Assembly: GCA_041687095.1 (NCBI GenBank)
Contig: JAWLCQ010000005.1
Coordinates: forward strand, 17,520 to 81,519
Origin: Phycisphaerae bacterium
Lineage (GTDB): Bacteria > Planctomycetota > Phycisphaerae > SM23-33
Length of the DNA stretch: 64,000 nucleotides
Reading direction: 5' to 3'
Shown one piece after another: positions 27,272 through 37,334 of the stretch. The notes under the pieces are model-generated. The model saw only the letters and a list, made by a program, of their open reading frames with translations. It did no database searches and was not told where the DNA came from. The first letter of the stretch is position 1. Each line of letters opens with the position of its first letter. A program made the position numbers and the translations under genes.

Positions 27272-29413
27272 ATGGCAATGGAGAACGGACAGCTCAACTG
27301 GATCGCCGGGTTCATCTGGAACATCGCCGACGACGTGCTCCGGGACGTGTACGTCCGGGGCAAGTACCGCGACGTGATCCTGCCGATGACCGTCATCCGG
27401 CGGCTCGACGCGGTGCTCGAACCGACGAAGGAGGCGGTGCTCAAGCTCGACGAGCAACTCGACACCGCCGGCGTCGCCAATAAGCAGGCGGCCCTGTGCC
27501 ACGCGTCGGGCAACGCCTTCTACAACGTCTCGCCCTTCACCCTCCGCGATCTCCGTGCACGGGCCCGCCAGCAGCAGCTTCGCTCCGACTTCGAGGCCTA
27601 CCTCGACGGCTTCTCGCCCAACGTCCAGGAGATCCTCGACAAGTTCAAGCTCCGCAACCAGATCCCCACGCTGGTCGAGGCCGACATCCTCGGGAGCCTC
27701 ATCGAGAAGTTCACCTCCCGCGACATCAACCTCAGCCCCGACCCCGTCAGGGACACCGACGGCAAGGTCCGCCTGCCCGGCCTGGACAACCACGCCATGG
27801 GCACGATCTTCGAGGAGCTGATCCGTCGATTCAACGAAGAGAACAACGAGGAGGCCGGGGAGCACTTCACGCCCCGCGACGTCGTGAAGCTCATGGCCAA
27901 CCTCATCTTCTACCCCGTCGCCGATGAAATCCGCGACGCCACCTACCGCGTCTACGACGGCGCCTGCGGGACGGGGGGCATGCTGACCGTCGCCGAGGAA
28001 ACGCTCGACGCCCTGGCTCGCGAGCACGGCAAGGAAGTCTCCATCCACCTGTTCGGCCAGGAAGTCCAGCCCGAAACCTACGCCATCAGCAAGGCCGACC
28101 TGCTGCTCAAGGGCGAGGGGCAGGCCGCGGAGAACATGGCCTACGGGTCCACTCTCTCCTCGGACGCCTTCCCGTCGATGGAGTTCGACTTCATGCTCTC
28201 CAACCCGCCGTACGGCAAGAGCTGGAAGACGGACCTCGAACGCATGGGCGGCAAGAAGGACCTGGGCGACCCCCGCTTCGCCGTGCAGCACCGGGGCGAC
28301 GAACTCTCCCTCATCACCCGCTCCAGCGACGGGCAACTCATGTTCCTCGTGAACAAGCTGACGAAGATGATCAGCGACCCCCGCTCGCCCCTCGGCAGCC
28401 GCATCGCCGAGGTCCACAACGGCTCGTCCCTCTTCACCGGCGACGCCGGGCAGGGCGAGAGCAACATCCGCCGCTGGATCATCGAGAATGACTGGCTGGA
28501 GGCCATCATCGCGCTGCCGCTGAACATGTTCTACAACACCGGCATCGCGACGTACATCTGGGTGCTCACCAACCGCAAGCCCGCACGCCGTCAGGGCAAG
28601 GTCCAGCTCATCGACGCCACGGGCATCCTCACGCCCCTGCGGAAGAACCTGGGCAAGAAGAACTGCGAGCTGTCCGACGAGCAGATTCGGCAGATCACGG
28701 ACATGTTCCTCGCGTTCAAGGAGACCGAGCAGTCGAAGATCTTCCCCAACGAGGCCTTCGGGTACTGGAAGATCACCGTGGAACGCCCGCTGCGACTGGC
28801 GGTGGACCTGTCGCCAAGGCCCCTCGACGCCCTGGGGACCGCATGCAAGAAGGCGAAGGAGTCGTATCTGCCCGACGTCGTCCGGACCGTGGCGGAGCGC
28901 GTCGGTGCGGGCCCGCACCTGGACTACAACAGCTTCCTCCGGGCCCTGGACACCGAGGCCCGCGAGCAATTCGGCAAGCTTACGGCCAAGCACGAGAAGC
29001 TCGTGCGCGACGCGCTGACCCGCAAGGACGAGCAGGCCGAGCCCGTGGCCAAGAAGGTCAGCCCGGCCAAATCCGAGGCCGACCCGCTACATGGACTGTA
29101 CCCCGTGACCATCGGCGGCAAGCCGCGCCTGGCCGAGTACGAGCCCGACAGCGACCTCCGGGACACCGAGCAAGTCCCCCTGCTGGAGGAAGGGGGCGTC
29201 GAGGCGTTCTTCCGGCGGGAGGTGCTGCCCCACGTGTCCGATGCCTGGATCGACAGCAGCAAGACGCAGATCGGCTACGAGATCAGCTTCACCCGGCACT
29301 TCTACAAGCCCACGCCGCTGCGAACGCTAGATGAGATAAGGGCCGACCTCGAAGCCCTCCAGGCCGAGGGTGAGGGGCTGCTGGAGGCAATCATCGGAGG
29401 GCAGGGCCAATGA
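27272..29413 (+). CDS. hsdM: Type I R-M methyltransferase subunit
   Basis: GEHFTPRDV, YDGACGTGG, NPPY, MFYNTGI. Confidence 0.96.
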   Translation: MAMENGQLNWIAGFIWNIADDVLRDVYVRGKYRDVILPMTVIRRLDAVLEPTKEAVLKLDEQLDTAGVANKQAALCHASGNAFYNVSPFTLRDLRARARQQQLRSDFEAYLDGFSPNVQEILDKFKLRNQIPTLVEADILGSLIEKFTSRDINLSPDPVRDTDGKVRLPGLDNHAMGTIFEELIRRFNEENNEEAGEHFTPRDVVKLMANLIFYPVADEIRDATYRVYDGACGTGGMLTVAEETLDALAREHGKEVSIHLFGQEVQPETYAISKADLLLKGEGQAAENMAYGSTLSSDAFPSMEFDFMLSNPPYGKSWKTDLERMGGKKDLGDPRFAVQHRGDELSLITRSSDGQLMFLVNKLTKMISDPRSPLGSRIAEVHNGSSLFTGDAGQGESNIRRWIIENDWLEAIIALPLNMFYNTGIATYIWVLTNRKPARRQGKVQLIDATGILTPLRKNLGKKNCELSDEQIRQITDMFLAFKETEQSKIFPNEAFGYWKITVERPLRLAVDLSPRPLDALGTACKKAKESYLPDVVRTVAERVGAGPHLDYNSFLRALDTEAREQFGKLTAKHEKLVRDALTRKDEQAEPVAKKVSPAKSEADPLHGLYPVTIGGKPRLAEYEPDSDLRDTEQVPLLEEGGVEAFFRREVLPHVSDAWIDSSKTQIGYEISFTRHFYKPTPLRTLDEIRADLEALQAEGEGLLEAIIGGQGQ

Positions 29414-29853
29414 AGAGGAACCAAGAGAGGACGCTCCGTGAACGTCTGGAAGGGCTGACAGCATTCCTACCCCGGTTAGTAGAACCCGGCTTCAGCTTTG
29501 GCGTGTGGGCCGGACGCAAGGAGTCGGACCCTGGTGTCCAGACATTGCCCTTCTTCACGCTTTCCGACACCGCGAGCGAATTCGTTCAGGCTGCCTATGA
29601 CCTCGACTGGGTTCGCGGCGACTTCGACTGGGGCAGGTGGAAGGACACGCCCGAGGCAATCCGCTTGCGCGACGACCCTCAGGCCATGGCCATCGCGACG
29701 CCCATGCAGCTATCCCACCTGCTCACGGTGCTTATCCGTCAGGAGCGCTTCTGCGAAGGCTCCCTCGCCGCTGCCTTCGAATCCGGCTTGCTGACCGCCA
29801 TCTGCCGCCGCGCTGCCGAGTTGGCAGACCAGGAGGGCAAAGGAAAGCAATGA
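29410..29853 (+). CDS. DUF6508-like hypothetical protein
   Basis: FDW..W...RQERFCEG...FESG motif; ATGA overlap. Confidence 0.7.
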   Translation: MKRNQERTLRERLEGLTAFLPRLVEPGFSFGVWAGRKESDPGVQTLPFFTLSDTASEFVQAAYDLDWVRGDFDWGRWKDTPEAIRLRDDPQAMAIATPMQLSHLLTVLIRQERFCEGSLAAAFESGLLTAICRRAAELADQEGKGKQ

Positions 29854-30965
29854 CCGAGACCGAGCCCAATCTCTACGATTTCGCTACGAAGGAGCTTTCC
29901 CAGGACGCCACGCTGGCCTACCTCCTGTCGTGGGCCAAGCCGGAGTATCGCTCCCGGCATCCCAAGCTCAACCAACTCGGGGAGAGTCTGCTCCGGACCC
30001 TTGTCCGCATGTCCGCACGTGCCTGCGGCGTCGCCGACCCGCTGGAGAGCGCTCCGGTCGAGAAGGTCGAGCTCGCCGTCCAGGAGAATCACATCGACGT
30101 GTGCGCCGAGATCAACGAGGACGTCTTTCTGCTCATCGAGGACAAGGTCGATACGCAGGAGCACTCCGGCCAGATCGCGCGGTATACCCGTGAGGTCCGC
30201 AAGCGCATGCGGAAGCGTAGGAATCCGCCGGTCGTCCTGCCCATCTACGTCAAGACCGGCAATGAGTGCCTCATTCTCGACAAGGCCCCCATTTGCGGTG
30301 TTTTCCTCCGTAAAGATATGCTGGACGTGCTGGACGCCGTTGGCGAAACAGGCAACACCATCGTCGAGAACTTCCGCCGGCACCTCCGCGCCATCCAGGC
30401 CGAAACGGACAGCTACCTCCATGAGCCCTGCGGGGATTGGTCATGGCGGGCCGTCCAGGGCTACTACGCGGCCTTGACCGACTGGCTCGACGCCCTGCCC
30501 GACCGCAGGAATGGCGAGAACGACCCGGGGTGGCACTACGTCCCCAACCCATCCGGGGGCTTCACCGGTTTCTGGTGGCACTGGTGCGAGTGCAAGGCCC
30601 TGCGGTGCAACATCTACCTCCAGATCGAGGACGCCTGCTGCCTCAAGATTCGCGCGGGGGACGTTCGAAACGAAGCCGGCAAGTCGGTAAGGATCGACAG
30701 CGACCGGCTCTGGCAGGTCTTCGAGGCCGTTCAGGCCGCGGGCGAGGACAGTCGCTTTGCCTCCCTGCGTCCCCGCAAGGCGGGCGTGTTTCGCGGCGGA
30801 TGGGGCGGTCACGTCGCCGAGCTGCAGTTTGATGGCGGAGAGAAGACGTACATAGCCGCCAGCGACGCCGACCTGATTGACATGCCCGCCACGCAGGATC
30901 GCCTCCGCCTAGCCATGGACTTCGTAACCGCGGTTCGCGACAAGGCCGAGGAGGCCAGCGCATGA
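29850..30965 (+). CDS. PD-(D/E)XK nuclease family protein
   Basis: TKELSQDA..WA; IDV...IEDK...QIARY. Confidence 0.8.
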   Translation: MTETEPNLYDFATKELSQDATLAYLLSWAKPEYRSRHPKLNQLGESLLRTLVRMSARACGVADPLESAPVEKVELAVQENHIDVCAEINEDVFLLIEDKVDTQEHSGQIARYTREVRKRMRKRRNPPVVLPIYVKTGNECLILDKAPICGVFLRKDMLDVLDAVGETGNTIVENFRRHLRAIQAETDSYLHEPCGDWSWRAVQGYYAALTDWLDALPDRRNGENDPGWHYVPNPSGGFTGFWWHWCECKALRCNIYLQIEDACCLKIRAGDVRNEAGKSVRIDSDRLWQVFEAVQAAGEDSRFASLRPRKAGVFRGGWGGHVAELQFDGGEKTYIAASDADLIDMPATQDRLRLAMDFVTAVRDKAEEASA

Positions 30966-32842
30966 CCGACGGCCTCCGACCCTATCCCGAATACAAGGAC
31001 TCCGGCCTGCCGTGGCTTGGCCGGATACCTGCGCATTGGGAGGTCCGAACCTCCAAAAGGATGTTCTCGCAAAGCGGCGAACGTGCTCGCCTTGACGATG
31101 AACAGCTATCCGCCACGCAGGCATACGGCGTCATCCTGCAATCAGACTTTGAGGAACGGGTTGGCCGCAAGGTAGTCCGGATCATCAACCACTTGGAGAA
31201 GCGAAAGCACGTCGAACCTGATGACTTCGTGATCAGCATGCGCAGCTTCCAGGGCGGCCTTGAGCGAGCATTTGCCCGAGGAGCGATCCGCTCGTCGTAT
31301 GTCATCCTGAAGCCCGGAGACTCAGTACATGTGCCGTATTTCGCCCATCTCTTCAAGTCACACGATTACATTCAAGCGCTCCGGGCCACCTCCGAGTTCA
31401 TCCGTGATGGCCAAGACCTAACCTTTGCGAACTTCTCACGAGTGCCGCTGCCGGTTGTACCGTCGGATGAGCAGAAGGCCATCGCCGACTACCTCGACGC
31501 CAACGCGGTCAAGGTCCGCCGGTTCGTCCGCAATCGGCGGCAGCTGATCGAGGTCTTGAACGAGCAGAAGCAGGCCATCATCAACCGGGCCGTCACCCGT
31601 GGCCTCGCCCCCAACGCCCCCCTCAAGCCCTCCGGCATCGACTGGCTCGGCGACATCCCCGAGCACTGGCAGACACGCCGATTGAAGTTCCTCGTGCGGA
31701 ATGTGAATGAACAGACCTCGACTCGACAGCCAGACGAGGCGTATGTCGCCCTTGAGCACGTTGAGGGATGGACCGGGAGAATCAACCTGCCGAGCGAAAA
31801 CATCGAGTTCGACAGCCAATTGAAGCGGTTCCGACCGGGCGATGTGCTGTTCGGCAAGCTTCGGCCGTACTTGGCGAAGGTCACTCGTCCAGACGTGCCT
31901 GGAGTATGCGTTGGCGAGTTCCTCGTACTGAGAGGGACCGATGAAGGGCTTCTTCCGGAGTTCCTCGAGCAAGAGCTGCGCTCGAAGCGGTTCATCGACA
32001 TCATCAACAGCTCAACCTTTGGCGCGAAGATGCCTCGGGCTGACTGGACGTTCATCGGAAATCTGGTAATCGCCTATCCGCCAACCCACACTGAGCAGTT
32101 GGGGATCCTCGAAGAGATCGGCCGGCAGACCGCATTGCTTCAGAACGCGATTGATACGGCAAAACGGGAGATCAACCTGATACGCGAGTACCGCACCCGG
32201 CTGATTGCCGGCGTGGTAACGGGGAAACTGGCAGTCCCGCAAGTTGCGGAGATGGCTGCCCCGGCACAGCAGAGGACGAAGCAAACAGCCAACATCCACT
32301 TCCGCCGTTCGGTCTTCGCGGCCGAAATCATCCATCGCCTGCATACCGAGCCCACGTTCGGACACGTCAAGTTCGAGAAGCTCATGTTCCTCTGCGAGAG
32401 GCGATGCGGTGTGGACACGGGCTCGACGTACCACCGCCAAGCCGCCGGCCCTTACGACAACCGGGCCCTCCGTTCGATTGACGGCCAACTCAAGCGACAG
32501 GTCTGGTACGAAGCCAGCAAGGGCGAGAATGGCTGGCGGTACAGACCTTTAGCAAAGGCGGGAGCCCACCGGCAGTACTTCGATCGGTACTTCGTTGACG
32601 TCTTGCCCCGGTTCGACGAGATCATCGAAATCTTCGCCAAGGCGAAGACGGTGCAGTGCGAGATCGTCGCTACCCTCTATTCCGCCTGGGAAGACCTACT
32701 GGCCCATGGTAGGGTGCCAAGTGACGACCAAATCATCGAGCAGGTTCTCCATCATTGGCACCCCGACAAGCAGAAGATCGAGGCATCCCGATGGCGAAGA
32801 GCGCTTGAATGGATGAAGGCGAGGGATCTCAGGCCAGCATGA
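30962..32842 (+). CDS. hsdS: Type I R-M specificity subunit with extra C-terminal domain
   Basis: YKDSGLPWLGRIP.HW and KPSGIDWLGDIPEHW repeats, EQKAIADYLD, LIREYRTRLI..VTGK; ~190-aa extension. Confidence 0.92.
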   Translation: MTDGLRPYPEYKDSGLPWLGRIPAHWEVRTSKRMFSQSGERARLDDEQLSATQAYGVILQSDFEERVGRKVVRIINHLEKRKHVEPDDFVISMRSFQGGLERAFARGAIRSSYVILKPGDSVHVPYFAHLFKSHDYIQALRATSEFIRDGQDLTFANFSRVPLPVVPSDEQKAIADYLDANAVKVRRFVRNRRQLIEVLNEQKQAIINRAVTRGLAPNAPLKPSGIDWLGDIPEHWQTRRLKFLVRNVNEQTSTRQPDEAYVALEHVEGWTGRINLPSENIEFDSQLKRFRPGDVLFGKLRPYLAKVTRPDVPGVCVGEFLVLRGTDEGLLPEFLEQELRSKRFIDIINSSTFGAKMPRADWTFIGNLVIAYPPTHTEQLGILEEIGRQTALLQNAIDTAKREINLIREYRTRLIAGVVTGKLAVPQVAEMAAPAQQRTKQTANIHFRRSVFAAEIIHRLHTEPTFGHVKFEKLMFLCERRCGVDTGSTYHRQAAGPYDNRALRSIDGQLKRQVWYEASKGENGWRYRPLAKAGAHRQYFDRYFVDVLPRFDEIIEIFAKAKTVQCEIVATLYSAWEDLLAHGRVPSDDQIIEQVLHHWHPDKQKIEASRWRRALEWMKARDLRPA

Positions 32843-32933
32843 CTAACCATATTCGATTACTGGTAGCGTCAACGCAGTTATGTGGCGGGAGTCCGCCATC
32901 TGCGCCCAGTCCTAATCTTATTGGGAGCGAGAG

Positions 32934-33431
32934 ATGAAGATCAATGATGAACACATGTACCACGGTGCGGCCCTGAATCAGATCGCGGAGGATCCACACT
33001 TCACAGCAATCAACGCGTTCCGAACGAATGGGGAGCTCTCCCGAGCCAGCTTCATCATCAACGACGACATCGGCATCTACCTCAAGTATGCCGGAAAGCC
33101 TCTCGGCCCATTCGACGAGTACAAGTTCACCTTCCATGCGGACCACCTTGCAGAGCTAGACCGTTTGGCCGGCAGGTGTGCCAGAGTGTTTCTCGGACTG
33201 GTCTGCGTTCAAGGGGACCATATCTGCTGCCTGCCATACGCTGACCTGCAGCACATGGTTGACCTGAGGCGGAAGAACGCTGGGGTGGACGAAGAGCAAT
33301 ACCAGATCCTGGTTGTTCTCCCAACGAGGAAGTCGTTCAGAGTCTACATCAACCCGCGTGGAGCAAAGGGCAGGAAGATGGGAGAGCGTGTCGTCAACCG
33401 GAACGAGTTCCCTTCGTGTCTATTTGTCTAG
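32934..33431 (+). CDS. Hypothetical protein between hsdS and hsdR
   Basis: Clean 165-aa ORF, YHGAAL..IYLKY. Confidence 0.75.
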   Translation: MKINDEHMYHGAALNQIAEDPHFTAINAFRTNGELSRASFIINDDIGIYLKYAGKPLGPFDEYKFTFHADHLAELDRLAGRCARVFLGLVCVQGDHICCLPYADLQHMVDLRRKNAGVDEEQYQILVVLPTRKSFRVYINPRGAKGRKMGERVVNRNEFPSCLFV

Positions 33432-33449
33432 CCCGGAATTGCGGACGGA

Positions 33450-36389
33450 ATGGCATCGACCGATACATCTGAGAAGTCCCTGGAACGCTTGGTGGCTGAA
33501 CGGCTGACTACTAGCGCCGGTTACGTGCAGGGCATCAGCGAGGACTACGACCGGGTCCACGCCGTTGACCTGGCGCAGCTTCAGGGCTTCGTGTGCGCCA
33601 CCCAGCCGGAGACGGCCGAGGCGCTCGGGCTGGGCGAGGACACGCCCAAGCGGATGCAGTTCCTCCACCGCCTCCAGGGCGAGATCGCCAAGCGGGGCGT
33701 GATCGACGTGCTTCGCGGCGGGGTGAGGCATGGCCCGGTGCACTTGAACCTGTTCTACGGCACGCCGACGCCAGGCAACGCTGCGGCGGCAGAGCGATTC
33801 GCGGCCAATGTCTTCAGCGTCACCCGGCAGCTTCGGTACAGCAAGGACGAGACGCAGCTCGCACTGGACCTGTGCCTGTTCATCAACGGATTGCCGGTGG
33901 CGACGTTCGAGCTCAAGAACCGCCTGACGAAGCAGACGGTCGAGGACGCTGTGCAGCAGTACCGACGGGACCGCGACCCGCGGGAGCTGCTGTTCCAGTT
34001 CCCCCGGTGCATGGTGCACTTCGCGGTGGACGATCAGGAGGTGCGGATGTGCACGCACCTCAAGGGCAGGGACTCCTGGTTCCTCCCGTTCAACAAGGGC
34101 TTCCAGGACGGGGCGGGCAACCCGCCCAACCCCGCGGGGCTCAAGACGGCCTACCTCTGGGAGGAGGTCCTCACCAAGCCCGGGCTCACGGACATCATCG
34201 AGAACTACGCCCAGGTCGTCGAGGAGCGGGACGACCGGGGCCGGAAGAAGCAGAAGCAGGTCTTCCCGCGATATCACCAGCTTCGGGTGGTGCGGAGGCT
34301 CTTGGCCGCTGCGCAGGCGGACGGGGTGGGCAAGCGGTACCTGGTCCAGCACTCGGCGGGCAGCGGCAAGAGCAACTCCATCGCTTGGCTGGCCCACCAG
34401 CTCATCGGGTTGGAGCGGGACGGAGCGGTGCTGTTCGACTCGGTGATCGTCGTCACGGACCGGCGGGTGCTGGATCGGCAGATCAAGGAGACGATCAAGC
34501 AGTTCGCCCAGGTGTCGGCGACGGTCGGGCACGCGGAGCGGAGCGGGGACTTGCGGCGGTTCCTGCGGGACGGCAAGCGGATCATCATCACGACGGTGCA
34601 GAAGTTCCCCTTCATCCTCGACGAGATCGGGGACGAGCACCGCGGGCGGAAGTTCGCCATCATCATCGACGAGGCCCACTCCAGCCAGGGCGGCCGGACG
34701 GCGGCGCAGATGAACATGGCGCTGTCGGAGGACGGGACCGGGGAGGAGGAGAGCTACGAGGACCAGATCAACCGCATCATGGAGGCGAGGCAGATGCTGG
34801 AGAACGCCAGCTACTTCGCCTTCACGGCCACGCCGAAGAACAAGACGCTGGAGATCTTCGGGCAGCCCGATCCCCAGGGGGACAAGGTCCGCCACCGGCC
34901 GTTCGACAGCTACACAATGAAGCAGGCCATCCAGGAGGGGTTCATCCTGGACGTACTGGCGAGCTACACGCCGGTGGAGAGCTACTACCGGCTGATGAAG
35001 ACGGTGGAGGCCGACCCGGAGTTCGACACGAGCAAGGCGCAGAAGAAGCTGCGGCGGTACGTGGAGTCGCACGACCACGCGATCCGGCGGAAGGCCGAGA
35101 TCATGGTGGACCACTTCCACGACCAGGTGATGGCGCGGCGGAAGATCGGGGGTCAGGCGAGGGCGATGGTCATCTGCAGCAGCATCCGCCGGGCGATCCA
35201 GTACTACCACGCCTTCTCGGCGTATCTGCGGGAGCGCAAGAGCCCCTACCAGGCAATCGTCGCCTTTTCGGGGGAGCACGAGGACGGGGGGCGGCAGGTG
35301 ACGGAGGCGACGCTCAACGGGTTCCCCAGCGGACAGATCGAGAAGAAGTTCCAGCAGGACCCGTACCGCTTCCTGATCGTCGCCGACAAGTTCCAGACCG
35401 GCTACGACGAACCGCTGCTGCACACGATGTACGTGGACAAGGTGCTCTCTGGCATCAAGGCGGTTCAGACGCTCTCGCGCCTCAACCGGGCCCACCCGCA
35501 GAAGACCGACACCTTCGTGCTGGACTTCATGAACGACGTGGACATGATCACGACGGCCTTCGCGGACTACTACCGCAGCACGGTCCTGAGCGAGGAGACG
35601 GACCCGAACAAGCTGCACGACCTGAAGGCGACGCTGGACGGGTACCAGGTGTACGCCTGGCCGCAGGTGGAGGAGCTGGCGAGGCTGTTCGTCGGGGGCG
35701 CGGTGCGGGACCGGCTCGACCCGATCCTGGACGCGTGCGTGGCGAACTACGTCACGGAGCTCGACGAGGACGGGCAGGTGACCTTCAAGGGCAAGGCGAA
35801 GGCGTTTACCCGGACGTACCAGTTCCTTGGGTCGATCCTTCCCTACACGGTCCGGGAGTGGGAGGAGTTGTCGATCTTCCTGAACTTCCTGGTCCCCAAG
35901 CTGCCGGCCCCGGTGGAGGAGGACCTGTCCAAAGGCATCCTCGAAGCGATCGACATGGAGAGCTACCGCAACGAGGTGCAGGAGACCATGCGGCTGGCTC
36001 TGCCGGACGAGGACGGGGAGGTCGGGCCCGTGCCCACCAGCGGCGGCGGCCGCAAGCCCGAGCCCGAACTGGACAGGCTCAGCAGCATCATCAAGTCGTT
36101 CAACGAGCAGTTCGGCAACATCGACTGGAGTGACGCCGACCGCATCCGGCGGGTCATCGCCGAGGAGATCCCCGCCCGCGTCGCCGCCAACCGCGCCTAC
36201 CAGAACGCCATGAGGAACAGCGACCGCGCCGCCGCCCGCCTGGAACACGACCGGGCCCTGGAGGACGTCGTCGTCAGCATGCTCTCGGACCACACCGAGC
36301 TCTTCCGGCAGTTCCAGGACCACCCGGGCTTCCGGCAGTGGCTCGCGGACACGATCTTCGGCGTGACGTACGATGGAAGTGCGGCATGA
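33450..36389 (+). CDS. hsdR: Type I R-M restriction subunit
   Basis: D..LFINGLP..ELKN, HSAGSGKS, DEAH, TATP, TGYDEP, QTLSRLNR. Confidence 0.96.
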   Translation: MASTDTSEKSLERLVAERLTTSAGYVQGISEDYDRVHAVDLAQLQGFVCATQPETAEALGLGEDTPKRMQFLHRLQGEIAKRGVIDVLRGGVRHGPVHLNLFYGTPTPGNAAAAERFAANVFSVTRQLRYSKDETQLALDLCLFINGLPVATFELKNRLTKQTVEDAVQQYRRDRDPRELLFQFPRCMVHFAVDDQEVRMCTHLKGRDSWFLPFNKGFQDGAGNPPNPAGLKTAYLWEEVLTKPGLTDIIENYAQVVEERDDRGRKKQKQVFPRYHQLRVVRRLLAAAQADGVGKRYLVQHSAGSGKSNSIAWLAHQLIGLERDGAVLFDSVIVVTDRRVLDRQIKETIKQFAQVSATVGHAERSGDLRRFLRDGKRIIITTVQKFPFILDEIGDEHRGRKFAIIIDEAHSSQGGRTAAQMNMALSEDGTGEEESYEDQINRIMEARQMLENASYFAFTATPKNKTLEIFGQPDPQGDKVRHRPFDSYTMKQAIQEGFILDVLASYTPVESYYRLMKTVEADPEFDTSKAQKKLRRYVESHDHAIRRKAEIMVDHFHDQVMARRKIGGQARAMVICSSIRRAIQYYHAFSAYLRERKSPYQAIVAFSGEHEDGGRQVTEATLNGFPSGQIEKKFQQDPYRFLIVADKFQTGYDEPLLHTMYVDKVLSGIKAVQTLSRLNRAHPQKTDTFVLDFMNDVDMITTAFADYYRSTVLSEETDPNKLHDLKATLDGYQVYAWPQVEELARLFVGGAVRDRLDPILDACVANYVTELDEDGQVTFKGKAKAFTRTYQFLGSILPYTVREWEELSIFLNFLVPKLPAPVEEDLSKGILEAIDMESYRNEVQETMRLALPDEDGEVGPVPTSGGGRKPEPELDRLSSIIKSFNEQFGNIDWSDADRIRRVIAEEIPARVAANRAYQNAMRNSDRAAARLEHDRALEDVVVSMLSDHTELFRQFQDHPGFRQWLADTIFGVTYDGSAA

Positions 36390-36405
36390 GACAGGAGACT
36401 TCCCT

Positions 36406-37308
36406 ATGATCGACCGACGGCCGCAAACGATCCAGTTCTTCCTGCCACAGGGCGAACCGCGGGGCCTTCGCATCGCCGAGATCACCACGCGGATCGTGCA
36501 AGCGGTCTACGTCCCACGGAACAAGCTGACGGAGGCTGGGGATCGCCCCGAGTTGCGGGGAGTCGGGGTCTACTTCCTCTTCGGCCAACCCGAGGAGGCC
36601 GCCAAGCCCATCTGCTACATCGGCGAGGCCGAGGACTGCCATACCCGCCTGAAGCAGCACAACGCAAGCAAGGACTTCTGGCAGCAGGCCATCGCCATCG
36701 TCTCCAAGACCGGGAGCTTCACCAAGGCCCATGTGCGGTATCTCGAATGGTACTGCATCGGCAAGGCGAAGGAGGTCAGCAGGTACACGCTGGAGAACGG
36801 CAACGGTAGCAGCGAGCCGTTTACGACCGAGCCCATGCGGGCCGACCTGATGGACGCATTCGACACGCTCAACGTCCTCACATCAGCGTTGGGCTATCCA
36901 GTGGTCGAGGCGAGGCTCCAGGCGCAGCGAGAGGAGATCTTCTACTGCACGCGAAGGCCGCGCGATGGGGTGGAGTGCGATGCGAAGGGCTATCCGACGG
37001 ACGACGGCTTCACGGTGATGGCCGGTTCGCGTGGCAGGAAGAAGATGGCCGACTACGCTGGCGAGTGGCTCATCTCGGGACGGCGAGAACTCATGGAGGC
37101 CGGGGTGATCCAGGAGGAGTCCGATGGCGAGCATATCCGCTTCGCGGAGGACTACACCTTCAAGACCCCAAGCGGCGCGGCCATGATGCTGATCGGCTCT
37201 CCGGCTAACGGCTGGACGGAATGGAAGGATCGGGACGGACGAACGTTAGATGAGCTGAAGCGGCAGGCATCGGGAGTTACCGAAGCCGACACCGGGAACT
37301 GCGAGTAG
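36406..37308 (+). CDS. GIY-YIG nuclease with DUF4357-like C-terminus
   Basis: GVYFL..CYIGE..RLKQH..KDFW; FKTPSGAA..NGWTEWK. Confidence 0.88.
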   Translation: MIDRRPQTIQFFLPQGEPRGLRIAEITTRIVQAVYVPRNKLTEAGDRPELRGVGVYFLFGQPEEAAKPICYIGEAEDCHTRLKQHNASKDFWQQAIAIVSKTGSFTKAHVRYLEWYCIGKAKEVSRYTLENGNGSSEPFTTEPMRADLMDAFDTLNVLTSALGYPVVEARLQAQREEIFYCTRRPRDGVECDAKGYPTDDGFTVMAGSRGRKKMADYAGEWLISGRRELMEAGVIQEESDGEHIRFAEDYTFKTPSGAAMMLIGSPANGWTEWKDRDGRTLDELKRQASGVTEADTGNCE

Positions 37309-37334
37309 GTGTTTACATCGCTGGGAGGCCTGGC

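Noticed and set aside
26867-28993. 708-aa minus-strand ORF
   Set aside because: Antisense to HTH/hsdM
33420-36488. 1022-aa minus-strand ORF
   Set aside because: Antisense shadow of hsdR, typical of high-GC DNA; no motifs
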